This document shows positions 20,933 through 31,557 of a stretch of 64,000 nucleotides of DNA, in pieces (positions within the stretch are counted from its first letter, which is position 1; each line of letters starts with the position of its first letter). Both the position numbers and the translations under genes were made by a program. This DNA comes from an uncultured Methylomirabilota bacterium (GTDB lineage Bacteria; Methylomirabilota; Methylomirabilia; Methylomirabilales; 2-02-FULL-66-22), in assembly GCA_963705305.1 (NCBI GenBank), contig OY970067.1, positions 5,408,001 through 5,472,000 of the forward strand, in the 5' to 3' direction. The notes below the pieces were generated by a model, which searched no databases, had not been told where the DNA came from, and saw only the letters and a program-made list of their open reading frames with translations.

Positions 20933-22012
20933 ATGCCGCAGGTTGCCGCGTATATCACCGGTCATGGATTCGGGCACGCCACCCGGATGGCCGCCGTCCT
21001 GGCGGCGCTGGCCCGGCGGGTGCCAGGACTACGCGTCAGCCTGATCTCGCCCGCGCCGGAGTGGCTGTTCCGCTCGAACCTTGGCCTCCCCTTCGAATAC
21101 CGCCCCCAGGCGCTGGATGTCGGGGTCATCCAGCAGGATTCCCTGCATCTGGATGCCGGCGCCACTCTCGAGGCCTATGCGCAATTCCTCGACGGGCAGG
21201 CGACCATCCTGGCCAGGGAGGAAGCGGCCCTCCGCCGCAGCCGGCCGGATCTTCTCCTGGCCGATATTCCACCCGCCGCGTTCACCCTGGCGGCCCGCCT
21301 GGGCGTACCCGGCGTCGGCATCAGCAACTTTACCTGGGATTGGATCTACGCCGACTATGTCCGGCGGTTTCCGGATTACGCCCCGATTGTGGACGCCATC
21401 CGGCACGCCTACGCGCAGGCCGATCTGCTCCTGCGCCTGCCCTTCCACGGGCCCTGCGACGCCTTCAAGTCCGTGCGCGACATCCCCATGATCGCCCGCC
21501 GCGCCGAGCGGCCCCGGGACGAGATCAGGCGCACGCTGGGCCTGGATGGCTCGCGGCCGATGATCCTGTTATCCTTCGGCGGATTCGAGCTGGGAGGGGT
21601 TGACTTCCGCCGCGTGGGGGAACTGCGCGAATACCGGTTCGTCGTCACGCAGGCCCCGCCGCAGCCGCCGGACAACATCCGCGTCGTGCGAAACGGCAGC
21701 CTGCCGTATGTCGAGCTGGTGGCCGCGGCCGACGCGGTGATCACCAAGCCGGGCTACGGGATCGTGTCCGACTGCCTGGCCAACCGAACCCCGGTGCTGT
21801 ACACATCTCGCGGAGAGTTTGCTGAGTACGCCCCGCTGGTCGCGGGGCTGGAGCGGTACGGCGTCGCCGCCTTCATCGACAACCGGGATCTGCTGGCGGG
21901 CAACTGGCGGGACGGCCTGGGGGCGCTCCTCTCGAGGGAGCCCCACTGGCCCGAGCTGCCGGCACGCGGCGCCGAGGCGGCGGCGCAGATCCTGGGCGAA
22001 TACCTGGACTGA
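20933..22012 (+). CDS. GT-B glycosyltransferase-like protein (similar to the L-arabinokinase N-terminal domain)
   Basis: YITGHGFGHATR, SNFTWDWIY, TKPGYGIVSDC. Confidence 0.8.
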   Translation: MPQVAAYITGHGFGHATRMAAVLAALARRVPGLRVSLISPAPEWLFRSNLGLPFEYRPQALDVGVIQQDSLHLDAGATLEAYAQFLDGQATILAREEAALRRSRPDLLLADIPPAAFTLAARLGVPGVGISNFTWDWIYADYVRRFPDYAPIVDAIRHAYAQADLLLRLPFHGPCDAFKSVRDIPMIARRAERPRDEIRRTLGLDGSRPMILLSFGGFELGGVDFRRVGELREYRFVVTQAPPQPPDNIRVVRNGSLPYVELVAAADAVITKPGYGIVSDCLANRTPVLYTSRGEFAEYAPLVAGLERYGVAAFIDNRDLLAGNWRDGLGALLSREPHWPELPARGAEAAAQILGEYLD

Positions 22013-22067
22013 GGCGGGAGGGGCGAGGCCTCCCATACGCTCACTGTTCACTTTGAGGAGACGCGCC

Positions 22068-22475
22068 ATGCCCACAGCAGCCGAAGGGCGGAGTAATGCC
22101 GTTCTGGTGATCGACGACCAGGTATTCTTCCATACCATGCTCCGGAATACGCTCGAGCAGCATGGTTTCCAGGTTCAGACCGCCAGCAGCGGGAAAGAGG
22201 GATTGAAAATGGCCAGGCAGCACAAGCCTGACCTCATTCTCCTGGATATCGAGATGCCGGAGATGGACGGGTTCGCCGTCTGCCAGGAGCTGAAGAAGGA
22301 CCCGGCCCTCAAGGCCATCCCGGTCGTCATCCTGACGGCGACCAACGATACCAAGTTGAATGAGAAAGCGTTCCAGGCGGGGGCCACGATCACCGCGTCC
22401 AAGACCGTGTCGGGTGATCGGCTGATCAACACCCTGCGGCTGGCGCTGCTCAAGACCAAATCGCCAGGAGCGTAA
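22068..22475 (+). CDS. Single-domain response regulator (receiver)
   Basis: VLVIDD, PDLILLDIEMPEMDG, PVVILT. Confidence 0.9.
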   Translation: MPTAAEGRSNAVLVIDDQVFFHTMLRNTLEQHGFQVQTASSGKEGLKMARQHKPDLILLDIEMPEMDGFAVCQELKKDPALKAIPVVILTATNDTKLNEKAFQAGATITASKTVSGDRLINTLRLALLKTKSPGA

Positions 22476-22636
22476 GGGCCGCCCCGTCCTCCGGGCGGGC
22501 TGCGGCCCGGCCTCGTCGGAGGCGAGACGGGCAGGCGCCGGAAGGCGGCACACGCTCTGCGGTTGTCACTCTTGCGTGGCGGGAGGGCCGTTCTGCGCCT
22601 CAGTCGGAAGCGCCCCCGCAAAGAAAGGAGCAGGCC

Positions 22637-23935
22637 GTGGGACTGCTAGCGAAGCGAACCGGACTCATCGATACCGAGAATGCCTTCAAGGTCGGCCCCT
22701 ACATCCGCGCCCTTGAAGACCAGGGCAAGAAGGTCATCAAGTGCAACCTGGGCGAGCCGGATTTTCCCCTCCCGCAGTTCATGAAGGACGAGGTGAAGCG
22801 GCAGATCGACCTGGACAACACACACTACTGCGACCCCCAGGGGATCCTCCCCCTCCGCAAGGCGATCGCCAAGCATTTCAGCGACACCCGGTCCATTCCG
22901 GCGACGCCGGACCGGATCGTCGTCTTCCCCGGCGCCAAGCCCCCCATCGGACTCTGCCAGCAAACCTACTGCGACCCCGGGGACGAGGTGGTCTATCCCA
23001 GCCCGGGATTCCCCATCTACGAGTCCTTCATCGCCTACGTGGGGGCCCAGCCCGTGCCGGTGCACCTCAAGGAAGAGCAGAACTTCGCCCTCTCGGGAAA
23101 AGAGCTGGCGCCCCACCTCTCCAGGAAGACGAAGCTGGTCTACCTGAACTTCCCCTCCAACCCGACCGGCGGGGTGGCCTCCCAGGCCCAGCTCCGGGAG
23201 ATCGCCGAGGTCATCCAGGCGCAGTGCCAGGACGACGTGCGGGTATATTCTGACGAGGTGTACGAGGACATCCTCTTCGACGGCAGCCAGCACCAAAGCA
23301 TCATCTCCTGCCCCGGCATGGAGCGGCGCACCATCCTGGTCAGCGGCGCCTCCAAGAGCTATTCCTGGACGGGCGGCCGCATCGGCTGGGCCCTGTTCCC
23401 GACGGCGGAGGAGGCCGGGATCTTCCGCAACCTGAACATCAACTACTTCTCCTGCATTCCCGCCTACAACCAGGAGGGAGCCCGGCTGGGCCTGGAGTCC
23501 CCGCAGAGCCGCGAGGCCATCGGCCGGATGGTCGCCACCTTCCAGAAGCGGCGCGACCTGGTGGTGGCGGGACTGAACGCCATCGAGGGCATCCGCTGCC
23601 AGAATCCCAAGGGAGCGTTCTACGTCTTCCCCAACATCGCGGGCGTCTGCCGGCGCCTGGGCGTGATGGAGGCATTCGAGAGCCTGCCGCCCGAGATCCG
23701 GACGCGGACGAGCCCCTCGACGCTGTTCCAGTTGTTCCTGCTCTTCGAGTATCAGGTTGCAACGCTGGATCGGAAGTCCTTCGGACGGATCGGGACGGAA
23801 CAGCTGCACTACCTGCGCATCTCCATCGCCACGGAGACGGAGGAGCTCCGCGAAGGGGTGCGGCGGATTGGGGCGGCGGCCGAGGATCGGGAGGGCTTTC
23901 GGGCCTTCTTTGGCCGCGGCGAGCACCTGGCCTAG
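22637..23935 (+). CDS. Class I/II PLP-dependent aminotransferase
   Basis: LGEPDF, NFPSNPTG, SDEVY, SKSYSWTGGRIG. Confidence 0.92.
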   Translation: MGLLAKRTGLIDTENAFKVGPYIRALEDQGKKVIKCNLGEPDFPLPQFMKDEVKRQIDLDNTHYCDPQGILPLRKAIAKHFSDTRSIPATPDRIVVFPGAKPPIGLCQQTYCDPGDEVVYPSPGFPIYESFIAYVGAQPVPVHLKEEQNFALSGKELAPHLSRKTKLVYLNFPSNPTGGVASQAQLREIAEVIQAQCQDDVRVYSDEVYEDILFDGSQHQSIISCPGMERRTILVSGASKSYSWTGGRIGWALFPTAEEAGIFRNLNINYFSCIPAYNQEGARLGLESPQSREAIGRMVATFQKRRDLVVAGLNAIEGIRCQNPKGAFYVFPNIAGVCRRLGVMEAFESLPPEIRTRTSPSTLFQLFLLFEYQVATLDRKSFGRIGTEQLHYLRISIATETEELREGVRRIGAAAEDREGFRAFFGRGEHLA

Positions 23936-24111
23936 CAGGCTGCTGAAAAAACCCATCTGCAGCGTTGGCCCGCTCGGGCACTCGCTGCGGCGTACTGGAA
24001 GTGCGCTTCACTCGGCCCCGGGTACCCATCCCGAGGGATGGGTGAGGCCGCCTTGCATCTGGGCCCTTTTGAGCAGCCTGACGCAAATTGAGCTCTTCGG
24101 TGTCCTGCTAG
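23932..24111. mobile_element. MITE-like repeat, copy 2
   Basis: CTAGCAGGCTGCTGAAAAA...CCTTGCATCTGGGCCCTTTTGAGCAGCCTG...CCTGCTAG; aligns to the reverse complement of 9683-9842; right TIR degenerate. Confidence 0.75.
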
Positions 24112-24149
24112 TCCGCCGCGGCGTGCCGCGGGGTGCGGGATGGTCCCGG

Positions 24150-25388
24150 CTAGTCGTTGGGAGGGCCGGGCCGGTCGCCCGGATCTCGCGCCAGCGTCCA
24201 GGCCTGGACCCGGGGGATCAAGAGGAGGCCGGGCCAGGCCAGGATGAACGTGAGGGTGAAGTACAGAGCGTAGCCGAGCGCCTCGGTGGCCCATCCCGAG
24301 ACCGCCCCCGCTACGACCCGCGTCAGGCCGAAGATGGCGCTGAGGAGCGCATACTGGGTGGCGGCGTGAGCCTTGTCGCAAATGCTCATCAGGAAGGCCA
24401 GGAAGGGCGCCGTGCCGAGGCCGCCGCAGAACGACTCCACCAGGGAGGCGGCGTACATCAGCGGCACCGACGGCGGCAGCGCCGCGGCGGCGACATAGGC
24501 GAGGTTGGATCCTGCCTGGGCGATCCCCAGCACCCAGAGGGCGCGGAAGATTCCCCAGCGGGCCGTGAGGGTCCCGCCGAGAAGGGCGCCGGCGATCGTG
24601 GCCACCACACCCAGCGTCCCGGGAACGGCCCCGATCTGGAGCGGGGTGAAGTGCCGGTCCACCCAGAACGGCCGGATCATCGGCCCTATGGCCATGTCGC
24701 CGAGCTTGAACAGCAGCACGAAGAGGATGACCGCGGAGAACCCTCGCGACCCGAAGAATTGCTTCAGCGGCCGGCGAACCGCCCGCTCGAATATGCCCTC
24801 CTCGGGCAGGCCGCTCATCGCTCGGCCGGGCCGGGACACCCCCGGCATGCGGGTCGAGCGCAGGCAGAACACGACCATGATAACGCCCGCCAGAGCGAAG
24901 GCCGGCGACCATCCCACCAGGCCGGCCAGGGCCACAAACATTCCCCCGGCGGCAATGAGAGCCACCCGGTAGGCGGTGACGCGCACCCCGTTGGCCGGCC
25001 CCATCTCCCGCTCTTCCAAGAGCTCGATGGTGTAGGCGTCAATGGCGATATCCTGCGTGGCGGACGCCAGCGCCAGGAGGACCAGGACGGCCCAGAGCAG
25101 GAACGTCACCTGCGAGGGATCCAGGAACAGGAGGGCCAGCAGGCCGACGGCCAGCAGCGCCTGGCAGGTGATCACCCAGCTTCGCCGCTGGCCCAAGAGA
25201 TCCACGGCGGGCGCCCAGAGGAATTTCAGGGTCCAGGCCAGCCCGGCCAGGCTCAGCAGCCCGATGTCGGCCAGGCGGACCCCGTGCATCCGGAAGTAGA
25301 CCGGCAGGGCGTCGTTGACGATGCCGAAGGGAAATCCCTCGGCGAAGTAGAGCACGGCGACCCAGGCCAGCTTGGTCGTGGTAGTCAC
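24150..25388 (-). CDS. ampG: AmpG family muropeptide MFS transporter
   Basis: LYFAEGFPFG, WTLKFLWAP.VD, SATQDIAIDAY, ATQYALL. Confidence 0.88.
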   Translation of the reverse strand: MTTTTKLAWVAVLYFAEGFPFGIVNDALPVYFRMHGVRLADIGLLSLAGLAWTLKFLWAPAVDLLGQRRSWVITCQALLAVGLLALLFLDPSQVTFLLWAVLVLLALASATQDIAIDAYTIELLEEREMGPANGVRVTAYRVALIAAGGMFVALAGLVGWSPAFALAGVIMVVFCLRSTRMPGVSRPGRAMSGLPEEGIFERAVRRPLKQFFGSRGFSAVILFVLLFKLGDMAIGPMIRPFWVDRHFTPLQIGAVPGTLGVVATIAGALLGGTLTARWGIFRALWVLGIAQAGSNLAYVAAAALPPSVPLMYAASLVESFCGGLGTAPFLAFLMSICDKAHAATQYALLSAIFGLTRVVAGAVSGWATEALGYALYFTLTFILAWPGLLLIPRVQAWTLARDPGDRPGPPND

Positions 25389-25481
25389 ACCGCCTCGCAG
25401 TCGCGGGTGGGTCCCGCTCGACGGGACACCGGAGAAAGAACCGATCGGCCGCCCGTCCCTTATAGTGCGCGAGGCGGAGCC

Positions 25482-26261
25482 GTGTCAAATGATTCGGCGG
25501 GCGGGCGGCGATGTGCCTCCTCCGGCGCGGCCACCGGGCGCTCCTGCCGGCGGGCGCCCCTGGGGCTCGCGGCCCTCCTGCTGGTGCTGGTTCCCGCGAC
25601 TGCAGGGGCCTTCACGCTGGATGGGTTCGACATCCGGGATCCGGCCATCCGCGAGGTCGTGGAGGCGCCGACCATCGTCCACCCGCTGCAGCCGATCCAC
25701 TACTCCGGCACCCCCGCCATCACCGAATGGCTGTTGGATCGCCCCGTCCTCTCGGCTATCCTGGTCCGGCACCTGTACCCGCCGGTCGAGCGGTACCACA
25801 TCACGGATGCCGGACAGGGCCGATACGCCGTGGACGATCAGGGGGCGCTGCGGGGACAGTTCTGGCTGGTGGCCCACCAGGACAGTCGCCGGGTCTATTT
25901 CTGCCGGGGGACCTTCCGCTCGCTGGCCCGCCTGGTGGCCCTCACGGGTCGCCTGGTTTTCACCCTGGAGTATCACCAGGTCGCACCCGACGGCGGCCCG
26001 GCCATGGAGGCTGTCCCGACGCTCTATGTCCAGCTGGATAACGCTGTGGCCCACGGCGTGATGAAGACGCTGAGTCCCCTCCTCCACGGCATCATCGAGC
26101 GCCGCGTGGAGAACCTGAAGATTGCAACCCAGATTCTCGGCCGGCGCATCACCCTGGACCCGCAGGGATTGTACCGGGAGATGCAGTCGTGGTCCGATCT
26201 CCCGCCCGGCCAGCTCGAGGAGTACCACCGGGCCTTCCTGCGCGGAGGCGGCCGGCCGTGA
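25482..26261 (+). CDS. Exported hypothetical protein
   Basis: Signal peptide (LGLAALLLVLVPATAGA), host-like codon usage, stop overlaps the nagZ start. Start uncertain. Confidence 0.65.
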   Translation: MSNDSAGGRRCASSGAATGRSCRRAPLGLAALLLVLVPATAGAFTLDGFDIRDPAIREVVEAPTIVHPLQPIHYSGTPAITEWLLDRPVLSAILVRHLYPPVERYHITDAGQGRYAVDDQGALRGQFWLVAHQDSRRVYFCRGTFRSLARLVALTGRLVFTLEYHQVAPDGGPAMEAVPTLYVQLDNAVAHGVMKTLSPLLHGIIERRVENLKIATQILGRRITLDPQGLYREMQSWSDLPPGQLEEYHRAFLRGGGRP

Positions 26262-27361
26262 ACGCCTCCTCCGTGCCTCGAATCTTTGTGTTCGGGTTCG
26301 AGGGCCTCACGCCGCCCGACGAAGTGCGCCGCTGGCTGGAGGCGGGGCTGGGCGGCGTCATCCTCTTCCGCCGGAACCTCCGCGACCTGGAACAGATCTG
26401 CCGGCTTACCGGTGCGCTGCACGCCTCGGCGTCGGCCCCGCTCTTGGTGGGGGTGGATCAGGAAGGGGGACGCGTCGTGAGGCTGCCGGCCCCATTCCTG
26501 CCGCTGCCGGCGGCAGCCACGCTGGGCAGAGTGGAGGATGTCGGCCTGGTCCAGCGGCTGGCGGAGACCGTGGGGCGCGAGTTGCGGGCCGCGGGGATCA
26601 CGTGGAATCTGGCCCCGGTCCTAGACGTCCATACCAACCCATCCAATTCCGTCATCGGTGATCGGGCGTTCAGTGACAATCCGGAGCGCGTGGCCCGGTT
26701 GGGGCTCTCCGTGATCCAGGGGCTGACGGACGCCGGCGTCCTCTCCTCGGCCAAGCACTTCCCGGGGCACGGAGAGACGGCCGCCGACTCGCACCTCACG
26801 CTGCCGGAAAGCCCGCAGACCCGGGCCCGCTGGGAGACGGTGGAGTTCCTGCCCTTCCGCCGCGCCATCCGGGCGGGTGCGCCCTCGATCCTGGTGGCCC
26901 ACCTTCTCTGCCCTGCCCTGGACCCCCGGCAGCCCAGCAGCCTGTCGCGCACGATCCTCACCGACATTCTGCGAGGAGAGTTGGGGTTCGAGGGAGTGGT
27001 GGTGAGCGACGACATGGAGATGGACGCCATCGCCGCCCGATTCGACGTCGGCGAGGCCGCCGTGCGGTTCTTCCAGGCGGGAGGCGATCTGTGCCTGATC
27101 TGCCACCGCCAGGATCGGCAGCAGGCCGCGCTGCGCGCGGTCGAGGACGCCCTCCGCACCGGCCGCCTTTCCCGGGATCAAATCGAGGCGTCACTCCAGC
27201 GCATCGCCCGATTGCACCGCAGGCTTCCGGCCCCTTTGGCCGCCGCCGGCGTGCCGGCCGCCGCCGTCAGCGTGGGAGATGTCTCCCACCGGCGCCTTCT
27301 CGACACGGTTCTCATGGCCGCAGATGCAGGCCCTGGAGGGGGCGGCCCCCTCCACGGCTAA
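26258..27361 (+). CDS. nagZ: Beta-N-acetylhexosaminidase (GH3)
   Basis: GGVILF.RN, VDQEGGRV, APVLDV, KHFPGHG...DSH, SDDMEM. Confidence 0.93.
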   Translation: MNASSVPRIFVFGFEGLTPPDEVRRWLEAGLGGVILFRRNLRDLEQICRLTGALHASASAPLLVGVDQEGGRVVRLPAPFLPLPAAATLGRVEDVGLVQRLAETVGRELRAAGITWNLAPVLDVHTNPSNSVIGDRAFSDNPERVARLGLSVIQGLTDAGVLSSAKHFPGHGETAADSHLTLPESPQTRARWETVEFLPFRRAIRAGAPSILVAHLLCPALDPRQPSSLSRTILTDILRGELGFEGVVVSDDMEMDAIAARFDVGEAAVRFFQAGGDLCLICHRQDRQQAALRAVEDALRTGRLSRDQIEASLQRIARLHRRLPAPLAAAGVPAAAVSVGDVSHRRLLDTVLMAADAGPGGGGPLHG

Positions 27362-27535
27362 GCGATCGAGCAGCGACTGGGCTGGTGTCTTTATGTCAGA
27401 GAGGAAGCTTACACAGCGATCCTCGCAGCCGGGAAATCTCCTGGACTTCGAAAGGTTTGAACAGTGCAGTGTCCGATGTGGAAACCCGCTCACGGAGGGC
27501 CGAGCGAGGAGCAAGAGCCTGACTGGTCGCGAGTG

Positions 27536-28042
27536 CTAGGGCAGTTTTATGTAACCATTCAAGTATATGCTGATAACCTTGGAGCCAGTGCTTGTAGCCA
27601 CGGTGAGATTCAGAGGGTAGTTGACGTTGCCGGGATTTGCCAAGGCGCCCTGGTCGTTGAATCTCACCTCGTAGGCAGTTATGCTGGTATTCGATTTCAG
27701 ATTCGTGATGCTGGATCCCGAGTACGCGTTGGACAACACGACCCACTGGCCGAGCGCGGACCAGGTGGTTCCCCCGTTGGTGCTCTGCTCCAGACGGTAT
27801 TGGCCAACCAGGTTCACGGCGGGGTCGCTCCCCCAGTGAAGGCGCACGAGGCCACCGCGGGTCACGGCCATCGACTGGGCATTCCGAAGGTCATTGCCGA
27901 CCTGGCTTTCCGCACCCTCAAGGATCCGATTCGACTTGAAGGCTGTGAAGACAGGTATGCTCGCGGCCACCATGACCACGAAGACGGCAATCACGATCAC
28001 GAGCTCGACGACATTGAAGCCGCGGCCAGAGAATCTTCGCAT
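27536..28042 (-). CDS. FimT/GspH-like type IV minor pilin
   Basis: Prepilin motif RG|FNVVELVIVI; lower GC than the flanks. Confidence 0.85.
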   Translation of the reverse strand: MRRFSGRGFNVVELVIVIAVFVVMVAASIPVFTAFKSNRILEGAESQVGNDLRNAQSMAVTRGGLVRLHWGSDPAVNLVGQYRLEQSTNGGTTWSALGQWVVLSNAYSGSSITNLKSNTSITAYEVRFNDQGALANPGNVNYPLNLTVATSTGSKVISIYLNGYIKLP

Positions 28043-28083
28043 GCTTTTCTCTCTCGGCAGCAACTGGGCCCGAGACCATTGCT

Positions 28084-28099
28084 TGCGAGCCCCGTGCCA
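28084..28099 (-). promoter_or_regulatory. Putative sigma54 promoter for the FimT-like gene
   Basis: TGGCAC-GGGGC-TCGCA on the - strand (GG-N10-GC). Confidence 0.5.
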
Positions 28100-28675
28100 T
28101 AGTCTGGTTGCTACTACCGGAATCCACTCGCTATTACATATATTTCGAGGGGCCGGCCATCTATGGAACGCGTTGTTATCCCGCGTGTCTGTAGGATGTT
28201 GGGCAAGTCAAAAGGCTTGCCCCATGCCAGCCGGCCGACCCCCAGGAGCAGCAATGTGCCATTTTTTTCCTCGCGGTTACAAAGAATGACACATCCCCTA
28301 GCCTGGAGCACAGCCAAGGAAGTCGCCCGGCGGTAGCTAGACTCTCCCCCCATTTACCTGTCTTTGGACCCGGTTGGCGCGGGAATAGCAGCAGTCTAGC
28401 ACTGGTCCCCGATAGAATTCAAGTCTGCTGGCCGAAAGGAGGATTCTTCGGTATATTCTCTCTTGACGATTACCTGTCGTGATCTAAGGGTCCGTGTCCA
28501 ATCCACAGGGTAGCCTGGCGACCGTGGGTGGGCATATTTCTTGAGAACAAGTGTAGTCGCATTACCTGCCATACTTTCTCTAACCATGTCGTAATGACAT
28601 GGATGAGCTATTCAGAAGAGAACCCGAAGCTGGTAAGCACTTGCCAATTAGATAGAATTTGCTAAGATTTGATTT

Positions 28676-28691
28676 CGGCCCAACTCTTGCT
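28676..28691 (+). promoter_or_regulatory. Possible sigma54 promoter for the pilV-W-X operon
   Basis: CGGCCC-AACTC-TTGCT (GG-N10-GC) in an AT-rich intergenic region. Confidence 0.35.
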
Positions 28692-28791
28692 AGTAGATGC
28701 AGAGTACAGGTGTATGTATTGCCACTGGCTTTTGAGATAGAAACCGGCGGGGCCCTTGAGTTGTCCCGTGCAGACCGGGACGAGATGAGGG

Positions 28792-29370
28792 ATGCTGAAA
28801 TCTCCTGGAAGTCGTCAACTGAAGAAGATTAACCTGCTGCGCCATCCATGTCGGCCTCGTCCCCGAAGCGGCAGCGGATTTACGCTGGTCGAGCTACTTC
28901 TCGGGGCCAGCATCTTGGCCTTCGGCTTGCTCGCGCTGGCCAGCATGTTTTCAGCGGGGTACACCGATGTGAGCAAGGGGTCGCGACTCACCATGACCTC
29001 GGCCGCGGCCCGGCAGATCATCGAGGATACGCACCTCCTGCCGTTCGCCAACGTGGCGAACCTGAACGGCTTTGATACCAACAATGCAGCTTCACTGCCC
29101 GCCAACGATCCCGAGCGGACGGTGGCCCTGCGCTGGCGATATGCCCTGGCAGGTCCGGGAACGGGCTGGACGTTCACCGCGGCGCAGCAGTCGGCCTGGA
29201 CCAGGCTCTCGACCGAATCGGGCGCGTTCGGGGCCAGGGGACAGATCAGCGTCCAGGGCGCAGTCATCGGGGGTGTTGCGAGCACGACCCTGTGGCAGAT
29301 GACGGTTAAGATCACCGTCCCGGGCCAGACGAACACGATCCAGTTGACCACTTTCATCAGCAGTATGTAG
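28792..29370 (+). CDS. PilV-like minor pilin
   Basis: SG|FTLVELL prepilin motif. Confidence 0.82.
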   Translation: MLKSPGSRQLKKINLLRHPCRPRPRSGSGFTLVELLLGASILAFGLLALASMFSAGYTDVSKGSRLTMTSAAARQIIEDTHLLPFANVANLNGFDTNNAASLPANDPERTVALRWRYALAGPGTGWTFTAAQQSAWTRLSTESGAFGARGQISVQGAVIGGVASTTLWQMTVKITVPGQTNTIQLTTFISSM

Positions 29371-29372
29371 CC

Positions 29373-30068
29373 ATGAGAAAAATATCGCAGGCCCGCCAGA
29401 ACGGATTCACGCTGGTCGAGATGCTGATCTCCGTGGCAATCTTTCTGGTCATCCTGCTGGGGATCTACGAGGTGTTCGACACCAACCGGACCACCTATTT
29501 CAGCGGACGGATGCGGGCGAACGCCCAGCAGACCACCCGGCTGGCCCTGAACGAGATGGTGCGCCAGCTGCGCATGGCCGGCTACTTTCCAGAGAATTTT
29601 TCCGCCACGCCGCCAAGTCCCCTGCTGACCAACCCGATTCAGATCGCGACCAACAACGCCCTGGCCTTCTATGGAGATCCCATGGGGACGGGCACCAGCA
29701 CCATCACCATGTTTTGCCTGAGCGGGACCAGTCTGCTCATCGTCCAGGGCAACGCCGGCGTCCCCGCCACCTTCAACTGCACCACCGCCAACCCCACCAA
29801 CGGGGATCTCCTGGCCGAGAACATCACCAGGCTGAAGTTCACGTACTACGACGCGAATGGGAACACGATCCCGAATCCCCTCGTTGCCACTTTCCAGCTG
29901 GACGGCCAGTCGCCCGGCGCCCTTCCGTCCCTCGCAATTATGACACAGCGCGGAGCGGTGCACAGCGTCGCCATCTCGCTGGCAACGACGGCCCCGCAGA
30001 CGACACCCGGCCTCGCCACTCAAGTGTACACCCTGACCTCCGCGGTGAGGCTGCGGAACATCAATTGA
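29373..30068 (+). CDS. PilW-like minor pilin
   Basis: NG|FTLVEMLI, LRMAGY, ends V.LRN. Confidence 0.85.
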   Translation: MRKISQARQNGFTLVEMLISVAIFLVILLGIYEVFDTNRTTYFSGRMRANAQQTTRLALNEMVRQLRMAGYFPENFSATPPSPLLTNPIQIATNNALAFYGDPMGTGTSTITMFCLSGTSLLIVQGNAGVPATFNCTTANPTNGDLLAENITRLKFTYYDANGNTIPNPLVATFQLDGQSPGALPSLAIMTQRGAVHSVAISLATTAPQTTPGLATQVYTLTSAVRLRNIN

Positions 30069-30079
30069 CAGGAGGCACT

Positions 30080-30583
30080 ATGCGGCCAACGGAACCCAAG
30101 ATCGGAATCCAGCGGGAGGCGGCCGGGTCGGTCATCATCATCGCCCTTCTCGTCATCGCTTTGCTGTCGCTGTTGGGCCTGACATTGCTCACGGTGGGCG
30201 GCATGGGGCAGAGCATCGCCTACAATTCCATCTACTCCGAGGGGGCGCTGTTTGCGGCCGACGCAGGGGCCCAGGAAGGCATCAACCAGCTCGGCCCCAG
30301 CCCCACCACATCGATCACGGCGTATTCCTCGGTGGACAATCAATTCGGCTCCACATACCGGTTCTGGAGCGGCTCGCGGAGCAACAGTACTTACATTAGC
30401 CCTCAGCCCTTGCAGTTCGTCTCCACCCGGGTCGAGACGGGCTATTCCATCGCCATCGGCACGGGTTATAACCCCACCGGGTATGCCTTCTACTCCTACC
30501 AGATCGACGCCACCGGGTCGGGCCCGGGCTTTGCGCAGCGCCAAGTCGAAGTACGGGCCGAGTACGGGCCGGTGCCCCAGTGA
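30080..30583 (+). CDS. PilX-like minor pilin
   Basis: G|SVIIIALL (no Glu5), ALFAADAG, Y.IDATG. Confidence 0.85.
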   Translation: MRPTEPKIGIQREAAGSVIIIALLVIALLSLLGLTLLTVGGMGQSIAYNSIYSEGALFAADAGAQEGINQLGPSPTTSITAYSSVDNQFGSTYRFWSGSRSNSTYISPQPLQFVSTRVETGYSIAIGTGYNPTGYAFYSYQIDATGSGPGFAQRQVEVRAEYGPVPQ

Positions 30584-31275
30584 GGCGGGCCGTGAAAAGA
30601 GCGCTGGTTTTTTTGCTGGTCGGCGCCCTGACGATCCTCGTCGTCCCGGCGCGCGGGCATGCCGCACTGAATGAGGCGATCAAGCACAACAACTTCGGGG
30701 CGGATCTGCTCAAGCAGGGGCGGCTCGACGAGGCGATCGTGGAGCTCCTCCATGCCGTCGAGGTGGACCCGACCTACGCCGCCGCCTACCTGAACCTCGC
30801 CTACGCGTACGATCAGCAGGGCAAGGCGGAGGAGGCCATCGAGGCCTACAAGAAGGGGGTCTCCCTCGACCCCAAGAGTCTCTACGGGTTCAACAACCTG
30901 GGGGTCCTGTACAATCAGCTCGGCCGCTATGACGAGGCCATCACCGCGTTCCAGGAGGCGCTGCAGATCGACCCCTCGAACGAGACGGTCCTGAAGAATC
31001 TGGAGAGCGCCAAGAAGAACAAGGGCCTGACCCAGGACCGGGAGACCCGCATCGCCGAAGCGCGCAAACAAGTCGAGGCCAAGCCCAACGACCCGGAAGC
31101 CGCCTACAACCTGGCCCGGGTCTATGCCTCGTTCGGCGAAAAGGACCAGGCCTTCGAGTGGCTCTCGAAGGCGCGTATTCTCGGGTACAACAATCTGGAG
31201 TTCATCAAGGCGGATCCGGCCCTGGCCACACTGCGCGACGATCCGCGCTTCCAGGCCATATTGACGCGGAAGTAG
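30580..31275 (+). CDS. Exported tetratricopeptide repeat protein
   Basis: Signal peptide and several TPR repeats (NNFG, AYLNLA, NNLG, AYNLA). Confidence 0.9.
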   Translation: MRRAVKRALVFLLVGALTILVVPARGHAALNEAIKHNNFGADLLKQGRLDEAIVELLHAVEVDPTYAAAYLNLAYAYDQQGKAEEAIEAYKKGVSLDPKSLYGFNNLGVLYNQLGRYDEAITAFQEALQIDPSNETVLKNLESAKKNKGLTQDRETRIAEARKQVEAKPNDPEAAYNLARVYASFGEKDQAFEWLSKARILGYNNLEFIKADPALATLRDDPRFQAILTRK

Positions 31276-31557
31276 TGATCACGTCCCGCCCGCCGCCTGA
31301 CCGGCCCCGGTTTTCACCGGGGGAACCTCCAGCCGGATCCAATCCCCTCTTTGTCGCCCCGGCCAAGCCTCCGCGATCCCCGGAGTTCGACCGGCCTGAC
31401 TCCATGCTCCGGAACAGCCCATCAGGAGGCCTGACGCGGGTCCAGTACCTGGGCGTTTCGCCCATTCCCGCCACGGACGTTCTTGGCGCCCTGCAGCTGA
31501 CAAATCTTCGGAATACGGTGAGGTGTCCGAGAGAGATCGAGACCGGGGAGCGGGGAT

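Noticed and set aside
9909..26261. Very long alternative ORFs (9909-12044, 13011-14765, 17826-19967, 5' part of 23757-26261)
   Set aside because: They are antisense or off-frame shadows of well-supported genes in high-GC DNA and contain no recognisable motifs.
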